Assembly (NCBI GenBank): GCA_028023455.1
Contig: JAQFVV010000011.1
Coordinates: 2,480,001-2,544,000, forward strand
Source: Epiperipatus broadwayi
Lineage: Eukaryota > Animalia > Onychophora
Length of the DNA: 64,000 bases
Reading direction: 5' to 3'
Under the pieces are notes generated by a model, which saw nothing but the letters and a program-made list of their open reading frames with translations, did not search any database and was not told the DNA's origin. Below are positions 39,291 to 50,060 of this stretch, one piece after another (positions within the stretch are counted from its first letter, which is position 1; each line of letters starts with the position of its first letter). A program made the position numbers and the translations under genes.

Positions 39291-39334
39291 ACCAACTGAT
39301 GATTGCTGGTTTAGCATGAAATACGAATATTGGT
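39291..39334 (+). ncRNA. Minimal type I hammerhead ribozyme (inverted twin of 38921-38964)
   Basis: Same motif but the stem III loop is UACGAA (palindrome broken by one substitution). Confidence 0.7.
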
Positions 39335-39784
39335 GATTATTTATCTTTTCAACATGTGTGTGATCAGGTGGGTCAGCAATATGAGATGGCACTGAGAGTA
39401 GTGGGTCGTGTGAAGGTCTGAGTTCGAATCCCGCCTATAAATAAGGATAGAAAAATAAGCATTTTTCTCTATTAAATACATGATAAATTATTTTAAAACA
39501 ATTTACTTTAAACATTACAATACATAAAATTAAATAACTTTTTTAAAAGAGCTGTCAGATTTAAGCAATCTTTTAATTGGACAAGTTTAGTAGCCAATAC
39601 AATGAATAAGATAGACGCTTTTGGGTATAATCAGAAGACCATCATGTTTTGTTATCATGATTTATTGTGATCAGTCTCAATAGATCACCAGATCAAGCAC
39701 CGATATCTAATAATCCTTCATCAAAAATTTAATACAGGATTTATACCTAATAATTTTTATTAGTCATTATTATCCAATATATAT

Positions 39785-39960
39785 TGTGACAGAATGGGTT
39801 CGAATCCGGTCACAACTAGTATAACAGTTGACGGTCATTACACATATATGTAGATAGTATATATATATTTAATTATATTACATGGTGGTGGCTATATAAA
39901 TACACAGAACGTCGGGGAGGTGCTCTGTCATTTTGAAATGGTATGTATGTGCGTGTCACA
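39785..39960. repeat. 176-bp unit bounded by TGTGACA...TGTCACA (solo-LTR- or MITE-like)
   Basis: 7-bp inverted TG...CA termini and an internal B-box-like ggttcgaatcc; no TSD found. Confidence 0.3.
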
Positions 39961-40199
39961 AACAAAACCTAGGAAATTCGAGCAGAAATGAATTTTTGCT
40001 TTCTTTTGTTATTACAAAAAAAAGCAGAAGGTGATAAAAGCTTTCACACTTCAACTAAAATCTGGTTAGGCAGCAATTGGAGAAACAGGAAGTGCAGATT
40101 TAGCGAACTTTCTAGAATGAATGGAGGGGATTATAAAAGAAAGGGACCCAAAATTCTCCTTATTTTGTCCCTGCAGAGATTGAATCGTTAACACAGCGG

Positions 40200-41400
40200 A
40201 ATCGTTCATTCCATTTCAAAATCAAAATCACAAGTTTATCTAATGGTGGCCGAAAAGGAAATGTTGGGGTAAAACCTAACGTATCGGGCTCGAACCCCTA
40301 ACTCCCACTAACTGCAGCTGCTACACTCAATAATAACAAGATGCCTCTCTGGGTTAAAACAACTACCAACATCAGAAGCATAAAGCGGATCCTCATCAAA
40401 CGAAGGCTGTATAATAAATTAAAGAACAGGAAAACTCACGATGGATCATATATCTAGTTACCTATGATGATCAGAACTATTAGAAGTAAAAATATATTCT
40501 TTCACAAATTACCCGGGGATGTACAGGTAATAAAATAACTTTATGTATTGATTTACTAAGAAAGAAATTATTAATCAATTCTTTAGGCTTGCATATGAGA
40601 ATTCAACTAACAAACAAAAAAAAAAACTTTTTGTTAAGATTTTACTTACGGACATTAATTATCACTATTAGATATTGAGGTCACATGGGAAACTCAGTAA
40701 AGTGACCTCTAATAGTAATAAAGAAACAAAGAGAAAAGTAGTGGAAGGGAAATCTTTTTCATCCCTAATACAACACCTACAACTTTATAACCCGATAATA
40801 CCCTTTAACCTTAACCAAAAAATCACCTTATGGGAAGCATACAATATAATCAACTATAATCAACAACCCATTAAAACCAGCCTAAAAGTAACCAACAAAA
40901 GACTCATTACACACTTCAAAAGATGGAGTCTGGAACCCAAATTCCTTGACTTCATCATTAAAATAAATCTTAATGCGCTACCCACAAATTGGTTTCTTTA
41001 TCACTGAAGAGGTTTTACCAGCATTGACCCTATATATGGTCTGTGTGCTCATGAAGATGAAACCATAGACCATATTATACACTGGTGCCCAAGACTTAAA
41101 ACTCTGAAAGATATAATTATAATCAATTCCAACATAAGACCTGATATGATTTTCTCACTTGAAAATGCCATTCATAATGGATTTTTTTCAATAATAAGGC
41201 TTTCTCCCTTTGTCCTTTATTCCATATGGATAGTGAGATGCAAAAGTCTCATGGAATTACCCCCCCCCCACAAATCATACCATTGTTTTATCAAACGCTC
41301 AAAAAAAATCAAGAAACGTGACCAGCTCCTTGCCTCCAGTAAAGTCTTTGCTGACACCTGGTCTTTAACTGCTCTTTCCTTTTCCTGATTATCAATTCCC
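40200..41400 (+). mobile_element. L1/Tx1-like LINE C-terminal (zf-RVT-like) fragment
   Basis: KFLDFIIKINLNALPTNWFLYH*RGF...LCAHEDETIDHIIHWCP; clearly homologous to 31560-32330. 5' boundary approximate. Confidence 0.75.
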
Positions 41401-42194
41401 ACCTACCCAGCATTATAGAATAGTCAATTATAAAAGAAAATATTCATGTTTATATTAAAAATGCTAATACCATTAAACAAGTTCTTAGAATCTCTTCACT
41501 ATACCTAACCACATAAGAGTATAACATTGTGCTCTCATAACATAATCTAGCCAGATGACAAATAGAACATTATATAATCATATTATTGTACAGTTTATTC
41601 ATTTATTTATCCTTTATTAGTATGTAATCACTATTTATTGTTAATAAAATTTTTATTGAAATGAAGATTGCATGCGTGTGTGACAAATCAAAATGGCAAA
41701 ACTTTAAATATATTTATGTTAACAGGTTCAGGGTTAAATTATATTTATTTTTCTTAGTGTTTAATAAATCTGATTTAATAATGAAACTGTATGTAGAAAT
41801 CTTGTTGTGATATTTTTCTTTCTTTATGTATTTTGAAACTCTTACTCTCATTCATGTCTACTCTCGGCCATGATGCCACCCGACCTGAGTCTGAGCTAGC
41901 TGATGGTCAAAACCTCTCTCACCTTAAGACAGTGGCTATTATTGGTAATGTATTCACTTCATGTAATTCTTATTTTGTTATAAGATTGGCACTTGGAATC
42001 CTAGGAATGTCCATAAATATGTGTTGGGAATCTATTAGAGTTACTGAAAATGAATTTATAAGATGTTATCAATTAGTGATTAAGTCAAAAATAGTTTTGG
42101 TTAAATATATATGTAAGCACGTATGTTTTTAGTTGAAAGTGTGTTAGGTGAAACTTATTATTAGAGTGATTGGGGGGGGTGTTGTTACAATATT

Positions 42195-42425
42195 GAACAA
42201 TGATAAAGATATATATATATGAGATTGTGGTCAGGGCCAACTGATGAATGCTGGTTCGGCAACATCTTGGGAGTGATAGATTTTTTTCACATGTCTTTGG
42301 TCATATGTTTCTGATTACATCTCTTCACAAGGTATTAAAAGCAGACAGAAGCCAGTCCCTATCTTGCTTGATAGTGGTGTGGTGAAATTTACACTACAGA
42401 AATATTATTTATTATGGGATAATCT
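42195..42425 (+). repeat. Family B direct repeat 1 with decayed hammerhead
   Basis: GCCAA-CUGAUGA-AUGCU(GGUUC)GGCA with GAAA lost (core at 42241); remainder matches 42555-42790. Confidence 0.75.
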
Positions 42426-42554
42426 CTAATCTAATGAATAACTCATAAAAATTATTAATATAGTTTCATTAAAGTGATTTGTGTCAAAGTTGTGAGAGCA
42501 GCACATTTGACATTTGTCAATCAAACTGTAGTAATTTGCTATCTATCTGTATAT

Positions 42555-42790
42555 ACTGAATAATGATAAAAATATGTGTAAGAGATTGTGATCTGGACAA
42601 ACTGATGAGTGCTGGTTCAGCATAAAGTGTGCATCTTGGAGATAGATCTTTTTCACATGTCATTGGTCATATGTTTCTGATTTCATTCCTCTACAAGGTG
42701 TTAAAAATAAATAGAAACCAGTCCTTATCTTTTGTGAGAATGGTATAGTAAAATTTACACTACAGAAATATTATCCATTATAGGATTTAT
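42555..42790 (+). repeat. Family B direct repeat 2 with decayed hammerhead
   Basis: ACAAA-CUGAUGA-GUGCU(GGUUC)AGCAU-AAA-GUGUGCA-UC-UUGGA (core at 42602; G12 missing). Confidence 0.75.
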
Positions 42791-43423
42791 ATCTGCTTAC
42801 AAAACAACAGCTTTTAATAACATAAACTGAATTCTGACTTAAAGATATTCAACTAACTAAAATATATTACAAAACGAATTCATTGTTTACTTCAATAAGA
42901 TTAGTACAGTAATGATTCTTCATTAATAGATACTTCATGGAGAAATGTACAGTTTAATGCAATGATAAAATGTCAGCCTAGGGCAGTGGTGGCAAACCGT
43001 TTTATATGTGCATACCAAATAGTACAATTATTTTTTTGTCCAACCTCTGTGTGCCGGGAAATTTTTAGTAGGAAATAAACAGTAAAAATTTAATTGTTAT
43101 AAAATTTTATTATATACCCTTATATATATAATATCAAATAATATAAGTATAATAACAATATTCACTAGAATAAAAACTACAAAATTTTAAAAAATGCCTG
43201 TATAAAATTAAAGATTAAAATTCTTTGCTATAGCTAGCTTCGGTATATTCCACCATCTTATGTGTGTGTGTGTTTGTGTGTGTGTTACATATATAGACAC
43301 AGGTATATAATGAGTCTGTGTTTCAGTTATTAAATTAAATTAAGGAGTTGACTTAAAAATTCACAAAATAATTGTATACAATACATTTTGCCATGTAAAA
43401 ATCAATACTAGTTATAACTTTTA

Positions 43424-45971
43424 TTAATGAGATTTTTGTTTTGTACTTTGGATGTCAAATGTTGTATATCGGGTTTATAAATTGTAACTTTAAGCAATGC
43501 ACCTGATATGCTAGATTCATCAGTCAGCTTATTTCTATAACTATCTCTTATAAAATGTATTTCGGAAAATAATGATTCACAAGAATAAATTGAGGAGCAA
43601 ATAGACAGTAGAGCAGTTGCTAGTTTTTTTTAACAGTTATAGGTTTCAGGAATGGCATTCCAAGTTCTTCTCATTTCATATCCTGTGTTCTTTTTAATTG
43701 TGTCTAATAACCGATCATTTTCAATTACTTCGAAGTCCTTTCTTAAATCGACAAATTTTTGTTTACATATGGAACTAGACTGAAAATCAATTAATTGCAT
43801 TTCTAAATCTTCAAAGTTGAACCACTCAAAAATCTCTATATTGAGTTTATCTAATCCAATGATATCACAATATAAAATAAATTTCGATGTTTCTGCAAAT
43901 TGCCTGAAATCGTGAAACCTTGAAAAAAAATCATTGCTTATCGCCTGAATTACTGCAGAAAATTCTTGTATTATATTAACTCAATCTGGTTTTTCATGAG
44001 TTTTTAAATCTAAGAAGAATTTTTTTGTATTTGAGAAATACCTAAATGTGTTAGAAATAATGTCACCGTTGAAAACTTGCAATTTATTTTCAAATGCTTC
44101 AATTAAATCAAACATAACAATAACTGTCTTATTAATACTTTGCAACTTAACATTTAATTCACTCAAATGTGAGCATAAGTCAGTGAAAAACATTAATTTG
44201 CAATATATATATTTTTATAATTTTTTCATTATGAAAAAAAAGTCTAATTCCATCTAAACAGTTCACGAATCTTTGTAGAACTTTTCTGAAACTTAAACAT
44301 CGAACATTGTTATACATAAGTAAATCATTATAGACAGACTTTACCTCATGCAGTAATTCCAAAAATTTTCTTTTATTTAAAGCGTGTGCAGATAATAAAA
44401 TTCACCACTTTTATTACAGCACTCATAATGTCTTCCAAAGACTTGAAACTAGTCTTGGCTCATAAAACCTGCTGGTGTATAATACAGTGAAAACCAAGAA
44501 CTGACTGACCAATTTGTTTGGTGAATAAATTGAGGAAACCATTTTCCTTTCCAATCATACTACAAGAACCATCAGTAATAATTGACACAATTTTGTTTAA
44601 ATCAATTTGTTGCAAATATCCACCCCTTTTGTTGTTATTGCTAACGATGTTATATTAATCAATTCTTCTTTAATATGATTTACAACACAATAACGAATGA
44701 AAATTGCTAAACAAGCTGATCCAGTTGTATCAGTACTTTCATCAAGACAGAGAGACACAAAGTCAGAAGAATTTATATCCGTTTTTTGCTGATAAGTTAT
44801 ATTTTTAGCCATGCTCAGAATTCTGTCTTTTACCATGTTCCTAGCCAAAGGCAAATTCTTTATTCTCTGAATAATCTTTTCCTTGTTTTTAAAGTCTTCA
44901 AAGAGAACAGGTGTGCATTCCAACCATGTTTCCTTCACATATTCCTGGTCACTAAAAGGTTTTCCGCATTTAGCAATGTGAGCTTGTAAGATGTTAATTA
45001 ATTTTCAATAACAAGAAATATAATTGGATTAAAAAATTAGAAGATGATTGGGATAAATACTATTATCAATGTATAAAATATCTGCCAAAAAACCAAATTG
45101 TAAGAAGATGGGGTGGATTTTCCCTACTGTGTGTAAAATATGGAATAGTGTTTATTATAAAAAAAATGTTTGTTAGTTATTTTGTAAGAAAAAAAAAAAG
45201 TTTTTTGTTAATATGTAAATATTTGTGATTTTTTTTTATTTTTCTGTTAATAAAGTTATTTTACTTAAAAAAAAATTAGAAGCGGTTATGTTCTCCTGAA
45301 GGTTTGTGATGATGGTGTTTTAGTTGTATTTCTATATAGGACTATTTCCATCATCTAATATGGGTATTGAATGTCTTTAGAAAAATTTAACTTTATTTAA
45401 TGTAATTCATCGAAGTGTTTATTTATATGTAAATTGTTAATTTTAATAATTATATATATATATAAAAAGATAAAAACAATGATTTCTATATGATGGCATT
45501 ATTTTAGTAATTGCTAACAACTAGTAAGTAAATAGGCCTAACCTGTTTGATGTGCTATTACTAACTGTTGATTGTATTTGGAATATCTAAATAAAGTTAA
45601 ATTTTTCTAAAGACATTCAATACCCATATTAGATGATGAAATAGTCCAATATAAAAATACAACTAGAAGCGGTTATATTTGAAAAACTGCTGATAAATTT
45701 TATTAGGGATGCTGACTGCGTATTTTTGTTTTTAACTACCTGAACAATAAATTCCTTTTGTTCTTCCTTACGTTTCTCAAGGAGCAGTGTATGATTAGTC
45801 TCATAATGCCATTTTATTAAGAATGTCCTGCATACAACTGTCCCGGAACATAAAACGCACACCACTTTATTTCCTTTATTAATCATCCCATACTCTTGAA
45901 TCCACCAACTTTGGAATTCTCTGCTGCTTGTTTTTAATAGTAGTTTTTGTTTTTTTATTTTCACTAGCCAT
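43424..45971 (-). pseudogene. hAT transposase pseudogene (GTF2IRD2/EPM2AIP1/ZBED5-like family)
   Basis: VCVLC...HYETNH zinc finger, SLCLDESTD, FHCIIHQQ (CxxH), NNVRCLS (RWLS motif), CESLFSE...RNKLTDE dimerization region; stops, frameshifts and insertions at ~44995-45663. Confidence 0.9.
45290..45665 (-). mobile_element. Family C fold-back insertion nested in the hAT transposase, 31-nt tail, 13-bp TSD
   Basis: Arms 45321-45399 / 45588-45665; tagaagcggttat at 45277-45289 and 45664-45676 (the duplicated bases encode ITAS of the transposase). Confidence 0.88.
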
Positions 45972-48900
45972 GTTCGGTAAAACCATAAGAAATTTACGAA
46001 AATTGATAACAAAAATATTTCTTTAAATATTTCAAAAATCTTCACTTTAATGTAATGTTTAAATTAATTACCTTTAAAATTCAGCTACAAAGTAATAGTA
46101 TTACGCAGTGCACAGACGCAATATTACTATTCTTGCCACAATGAAATTTCAAACTCAACTGAGTACTCTGCATGCACTCTGTCTGTATCAACACATCCCA
46201 ACTCGTGACGTATCGCAAAGTATAGTCAGGACAAAAAATAAGCAAATCTAGAGGACGTTCAATTAATAGCCACAAAGCTGAGAGATTATTATAAATATAA
46301 AACTTATAAAAGAATAATCCGATGCACGTGTATTGAACAACAAAAATTGGAGCAACTTGTTAAATTATGGACAAAATATCAATTTAAAAAAACTTCTATC
46401 ACTTAATACAACTTATGTACTTGCCGCGCGAATCTTCGGTCTCACTTTCTGTGAATGTGTTCTTTGTCTGCACGCATTTCTTCCCCTTTGAATATCACAA
46501 TTATATCATTACTATAAGGAAATTTTTGTTCGGCCGATTGTTCAAATTTAGTATTCTATGGCTAGATGGTGCCTCAAATTTTTGAAATTTTGCATTTTTC
46601 GTTGTAAAATGAAGATACAATTTGAAAATCGATAACGTGCCAGAAAAATTTTCATACGTGCTACCTGTGACACGCACGCCAGAGGTTTGCAAAACGCTGG
46701 CTTAGGGAATCGACCAACCACTAATCACAGTGCTATCTATCACGTTTGTGGTCAAACATTTTTGACCTACAAAGCAACAAACAATTCAATTATTTTTTAA
46801 TGTAGCAAACAGTTGACTATTTATTACAACAACTAGTAAAAAACAAAACATAAAGGCATTATTTATTAGTTAAAATTTTGTCAAGAAAGTTATATATATA
46901 ATGTATTTGAAAAACTAATATCTTTGCCAATAAAAGATCTTTATTTATTAACCATTTCAAATTTTTCATTAAACTGAATCATACGAAGATAGATTAACTC
47001 TGTATATACATATATGTATATGTTTGTGCGTGTATAAGATAATATCAACATATAAGAATAAATAATCTCAGGAGGATAAAGATTATTTAATCAATTTATT
47101 ATATTTTGTGTGATGGTTCAGATGTTACCTATCGCATATGATTAGGTCCAATTACTGAATTTCCAGCTGTTATATAATAAATTAGCATTTCCTTAGTAAA
47201 AAATTATGATAACTTAAACTGAAGTTATTAAAAAAGAAATTGTAAAGTATTTAATTCCAGAAATAACTTGAATAAATTTCCTCATACTGCATTCGAACCA
47301 AAGAATTGTGTTTAAACTCTGGCTGATAGATTACTTTTATTGGGGTTTTTTTACGTGCCAATTATTTTACATTAACCGGTAATAAAGATTTATTAATTCT
47401 ACTAAATGTCATTTAGCATATATAAAACAGTTGGTTTTTTTAAATTCTCAACAAAGAAATGTTGTACCACCGCCATCTTAAACAAATATATTTCTTGACT
47501 CTTCAAAATAATGAGAAGTCTGAAATAAAGACTGAAATAATAAAAAAACAAATATTTAATATAATAATAAAAAAATAAATTTCATTAATAATTAGAAATA
47601 GGTGTTGGAAAAAAATAATAGAGTTTAAACTAATGCAATTTAACATTAATTATAATATCAAGATTATAGAATGGCAAAATCATTAGTTGGGGGAAAAAAA
47701 CACCTAAACAAAACAAGTGTATATATACAGTATATGTAAGTGAAACTCCTGTATAAAATTAATTTTTGTAAAGTCAAGAAGAAAAAACTATCAAACCAGA
47801 TATATATAAATGAAACTCCTCAGTATAAAAATACTATTCAGAAAGTGAAGAGAAAGTAAAAATTTATAATAATAATTCGCTTTATTTGAGTCTATTTTAA
47901 TAAATTACTATCGAAAATAAAACTTGATCAATTATAATTTTTGGAAAAATATCTTTGGCATATAAATTCCAACGTAAAGGAGAGATTACATCAAACACTT
48001 TTACAAAATAAACAATGATTGCAACGAGGCATTTATTCCTGTCAGAACTCCGCGGTCATTTTTTTAAAAACATATTTGATAAAACTGAGTGAAGAAACTT
48101 TTTTATTTATTTGCTGTCGCATTAGGATTTTATTGACTGCATTAGTTCTATATTTTAAATTGCTGATAAAGGTTTTTTTCCCAGTTGTATATATGTCTAT
48201 TGAAGTTCGACAAAAGACAAAACACACCCACCCACATACATCTTTAAGCATTAATGTGCAAAAAAAAAAAAAATCATTATACACACAGGAAAAATCCAAA
48301 CCTATTCTTATCAAGTGGATTGTATATAAATGTACAATGTTTAAAGGCATTGTCTAAAAAGAACAGAATCCAAAGCAGGAGAACATTAACGACATTCACC
48401 TTGGAGTAAAAGTAACTTTTAGAAAGCAATTGAGAATACAACTTATATACTATTACTTAGAAAATTCCTATGTATATTATTCAGTCATAGAAAATAGATG
48501 CCAGTCCAACTAAAAAAAAGATCCATGTGTAGTTAATTTGATAAATCAAGTGAAATAGGTTTTATTACTTTTCATGGTCTGTAATAATTACTAACAACCA
48601 GTATCAGAATCAATAATGTGGAAGAATGCTGATTGAAAGACATATCCAGAAAGTATGTTAGATAATTTAAACATTGAAGAAGACTTTTTAAAATATATAT
48701 TTAAACAATGTGTTGCTATAAATACACTAAGTAAATATAGTGACTCAATAGATTTTCTATCAATTCTGAAATAGAAGATGCTAAATAGATGTCAAAAAAA
48801 TTGATGAAATTTTGTGTAAATGATATTCTACATACATAAATAAATAAACTCAAAAAACATATAACAACAAATGTTATATATATTAACACAAAGATAAATT

Positions 48901-49699
48901 TTTTTCACCATGTTTCATTGCCCTCCTCAGTATAACTTATGTATTATTGTCAATGTTCTTGCAAGATAATAGATTTATATAAAGTTCTACATGTGCACAG
49001 AAGTATGTATATACACCTGTGCATTATGATTATTATATTTCATTTGCAAAATAACTAATATATTATATACACATACATAAATCTATGGTGCAAACAGTAA
49101 ATACACAGATGATTAGTTATCATATGTAAATCACACCAATCAATGCATAAACCAATAGAATATTAGCTATCTGTTGTGAAGATGACACTCAAATAAAAAA
49201 TGGAAATCCACTTATTATCAGGGTCTTGATTAAAATTGATTAAGATTAAAGTTGCCTAGAAGTTTTAATAAACTCCATTAAACAGGCCAGTATAAACTGT
49301 TTGAAGGTAGATTATCATTTTTATAACCTTTCAAACAAACTACTCCAGTCAATACTTAAAATAAATCAATAGGATATCAACAATCTGTCAAGGCAACACT
49401 CAGATAGTAAATGAAAATCAATCAATAACAACAAATCAGTTTATTTATTTTTTTCATGTGTCAAGGCATTGGCTGTTTATTTTTTACTTACACAATATAT
49501 AATAAAACAAGAAAAGATTTTTACTCTAGCACCATCTATAGTAAGGTTGTATAATCAATAATTCCCAGATGGTAGCAAAAAGTCAATCTGGGAATGGGTA
49601 TTAAAATCCTTTACTATCTAGTAATTATTTTTAAACTATAAAAAGAAAAAAAAAACATTATTATTTTATTACAAGTGCATAAATTGAAAAAAATACTAC

Positions 49700-50060
49700 A
49701 ATGAATTATATCTATTTCTATTTCATAATAATATAAATGAAGAAATTTGGAAAAGAGTAAATGAAAAAAAAAAGATTGTGGGAGTAAATTAGAAGTAAAA
49801 AGAGAAATTGGATTGGACATATATTAAAAAGAAAGCATAGTTTAATGAGAAATATTTTTTGGGGAAATGATACATGGAAACAAAAAGAAAAGATGGAAAA
49901 GATTGATGTTGCTGGATGATGTAAGAGATGGAAAGAATTATATAGAACTGAAGAGTTGGGCAATAAAGAAAATGGAGTGGCTAAATGAATAAATTAATGA
50001 TGTGATTACTCTGTGGACCTATCCATTGGACAGAATGCTATGGATTATGATGATGATGAT
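49700..50060 (+). mobile_element. LINE 3' fragment related to 25875-26700
   Basis: aaattggattggacatatattaaaaaga...gagttgggcaataaagaaaatgga and a (GAT)n tail. Confidence 0.7.

Larger units (their letters stand above)
38772..39439 (-). mobile_element. Fold-back insertion, family A: ~305-bp arms each with a hammerhead and tRNA-like boxes, 44-nt tail, 13-bp TSD
   Basis: Near-perfect inverted arms 38816-39125 / 39133-39439; ataaataaggata at 38759-38771 and 39437-39449. Confidence 0.92.
42984..46699 (-). mobile_element. Full-length hAT (Charlie/Buster-type) DNA transposon fossil
   Basis: Imperfect TIRs cagtggtggcaaacc / ggtttgcaaaacgctg; 8-bp TSD gcctaggg (42976-42983) / gcttaggg (46700-46707); transposase remnants inside. 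Confidence 0.92.

Noticed and set aside
45031-45282. Another 13-bp direct repeat (aaaaaattagaag) around the AT-rich interruption of the transposase
   Set aside because: Low complexity, overlaps the neighbouring TSD, no inverted arms, and removing it does not restore the transposase.
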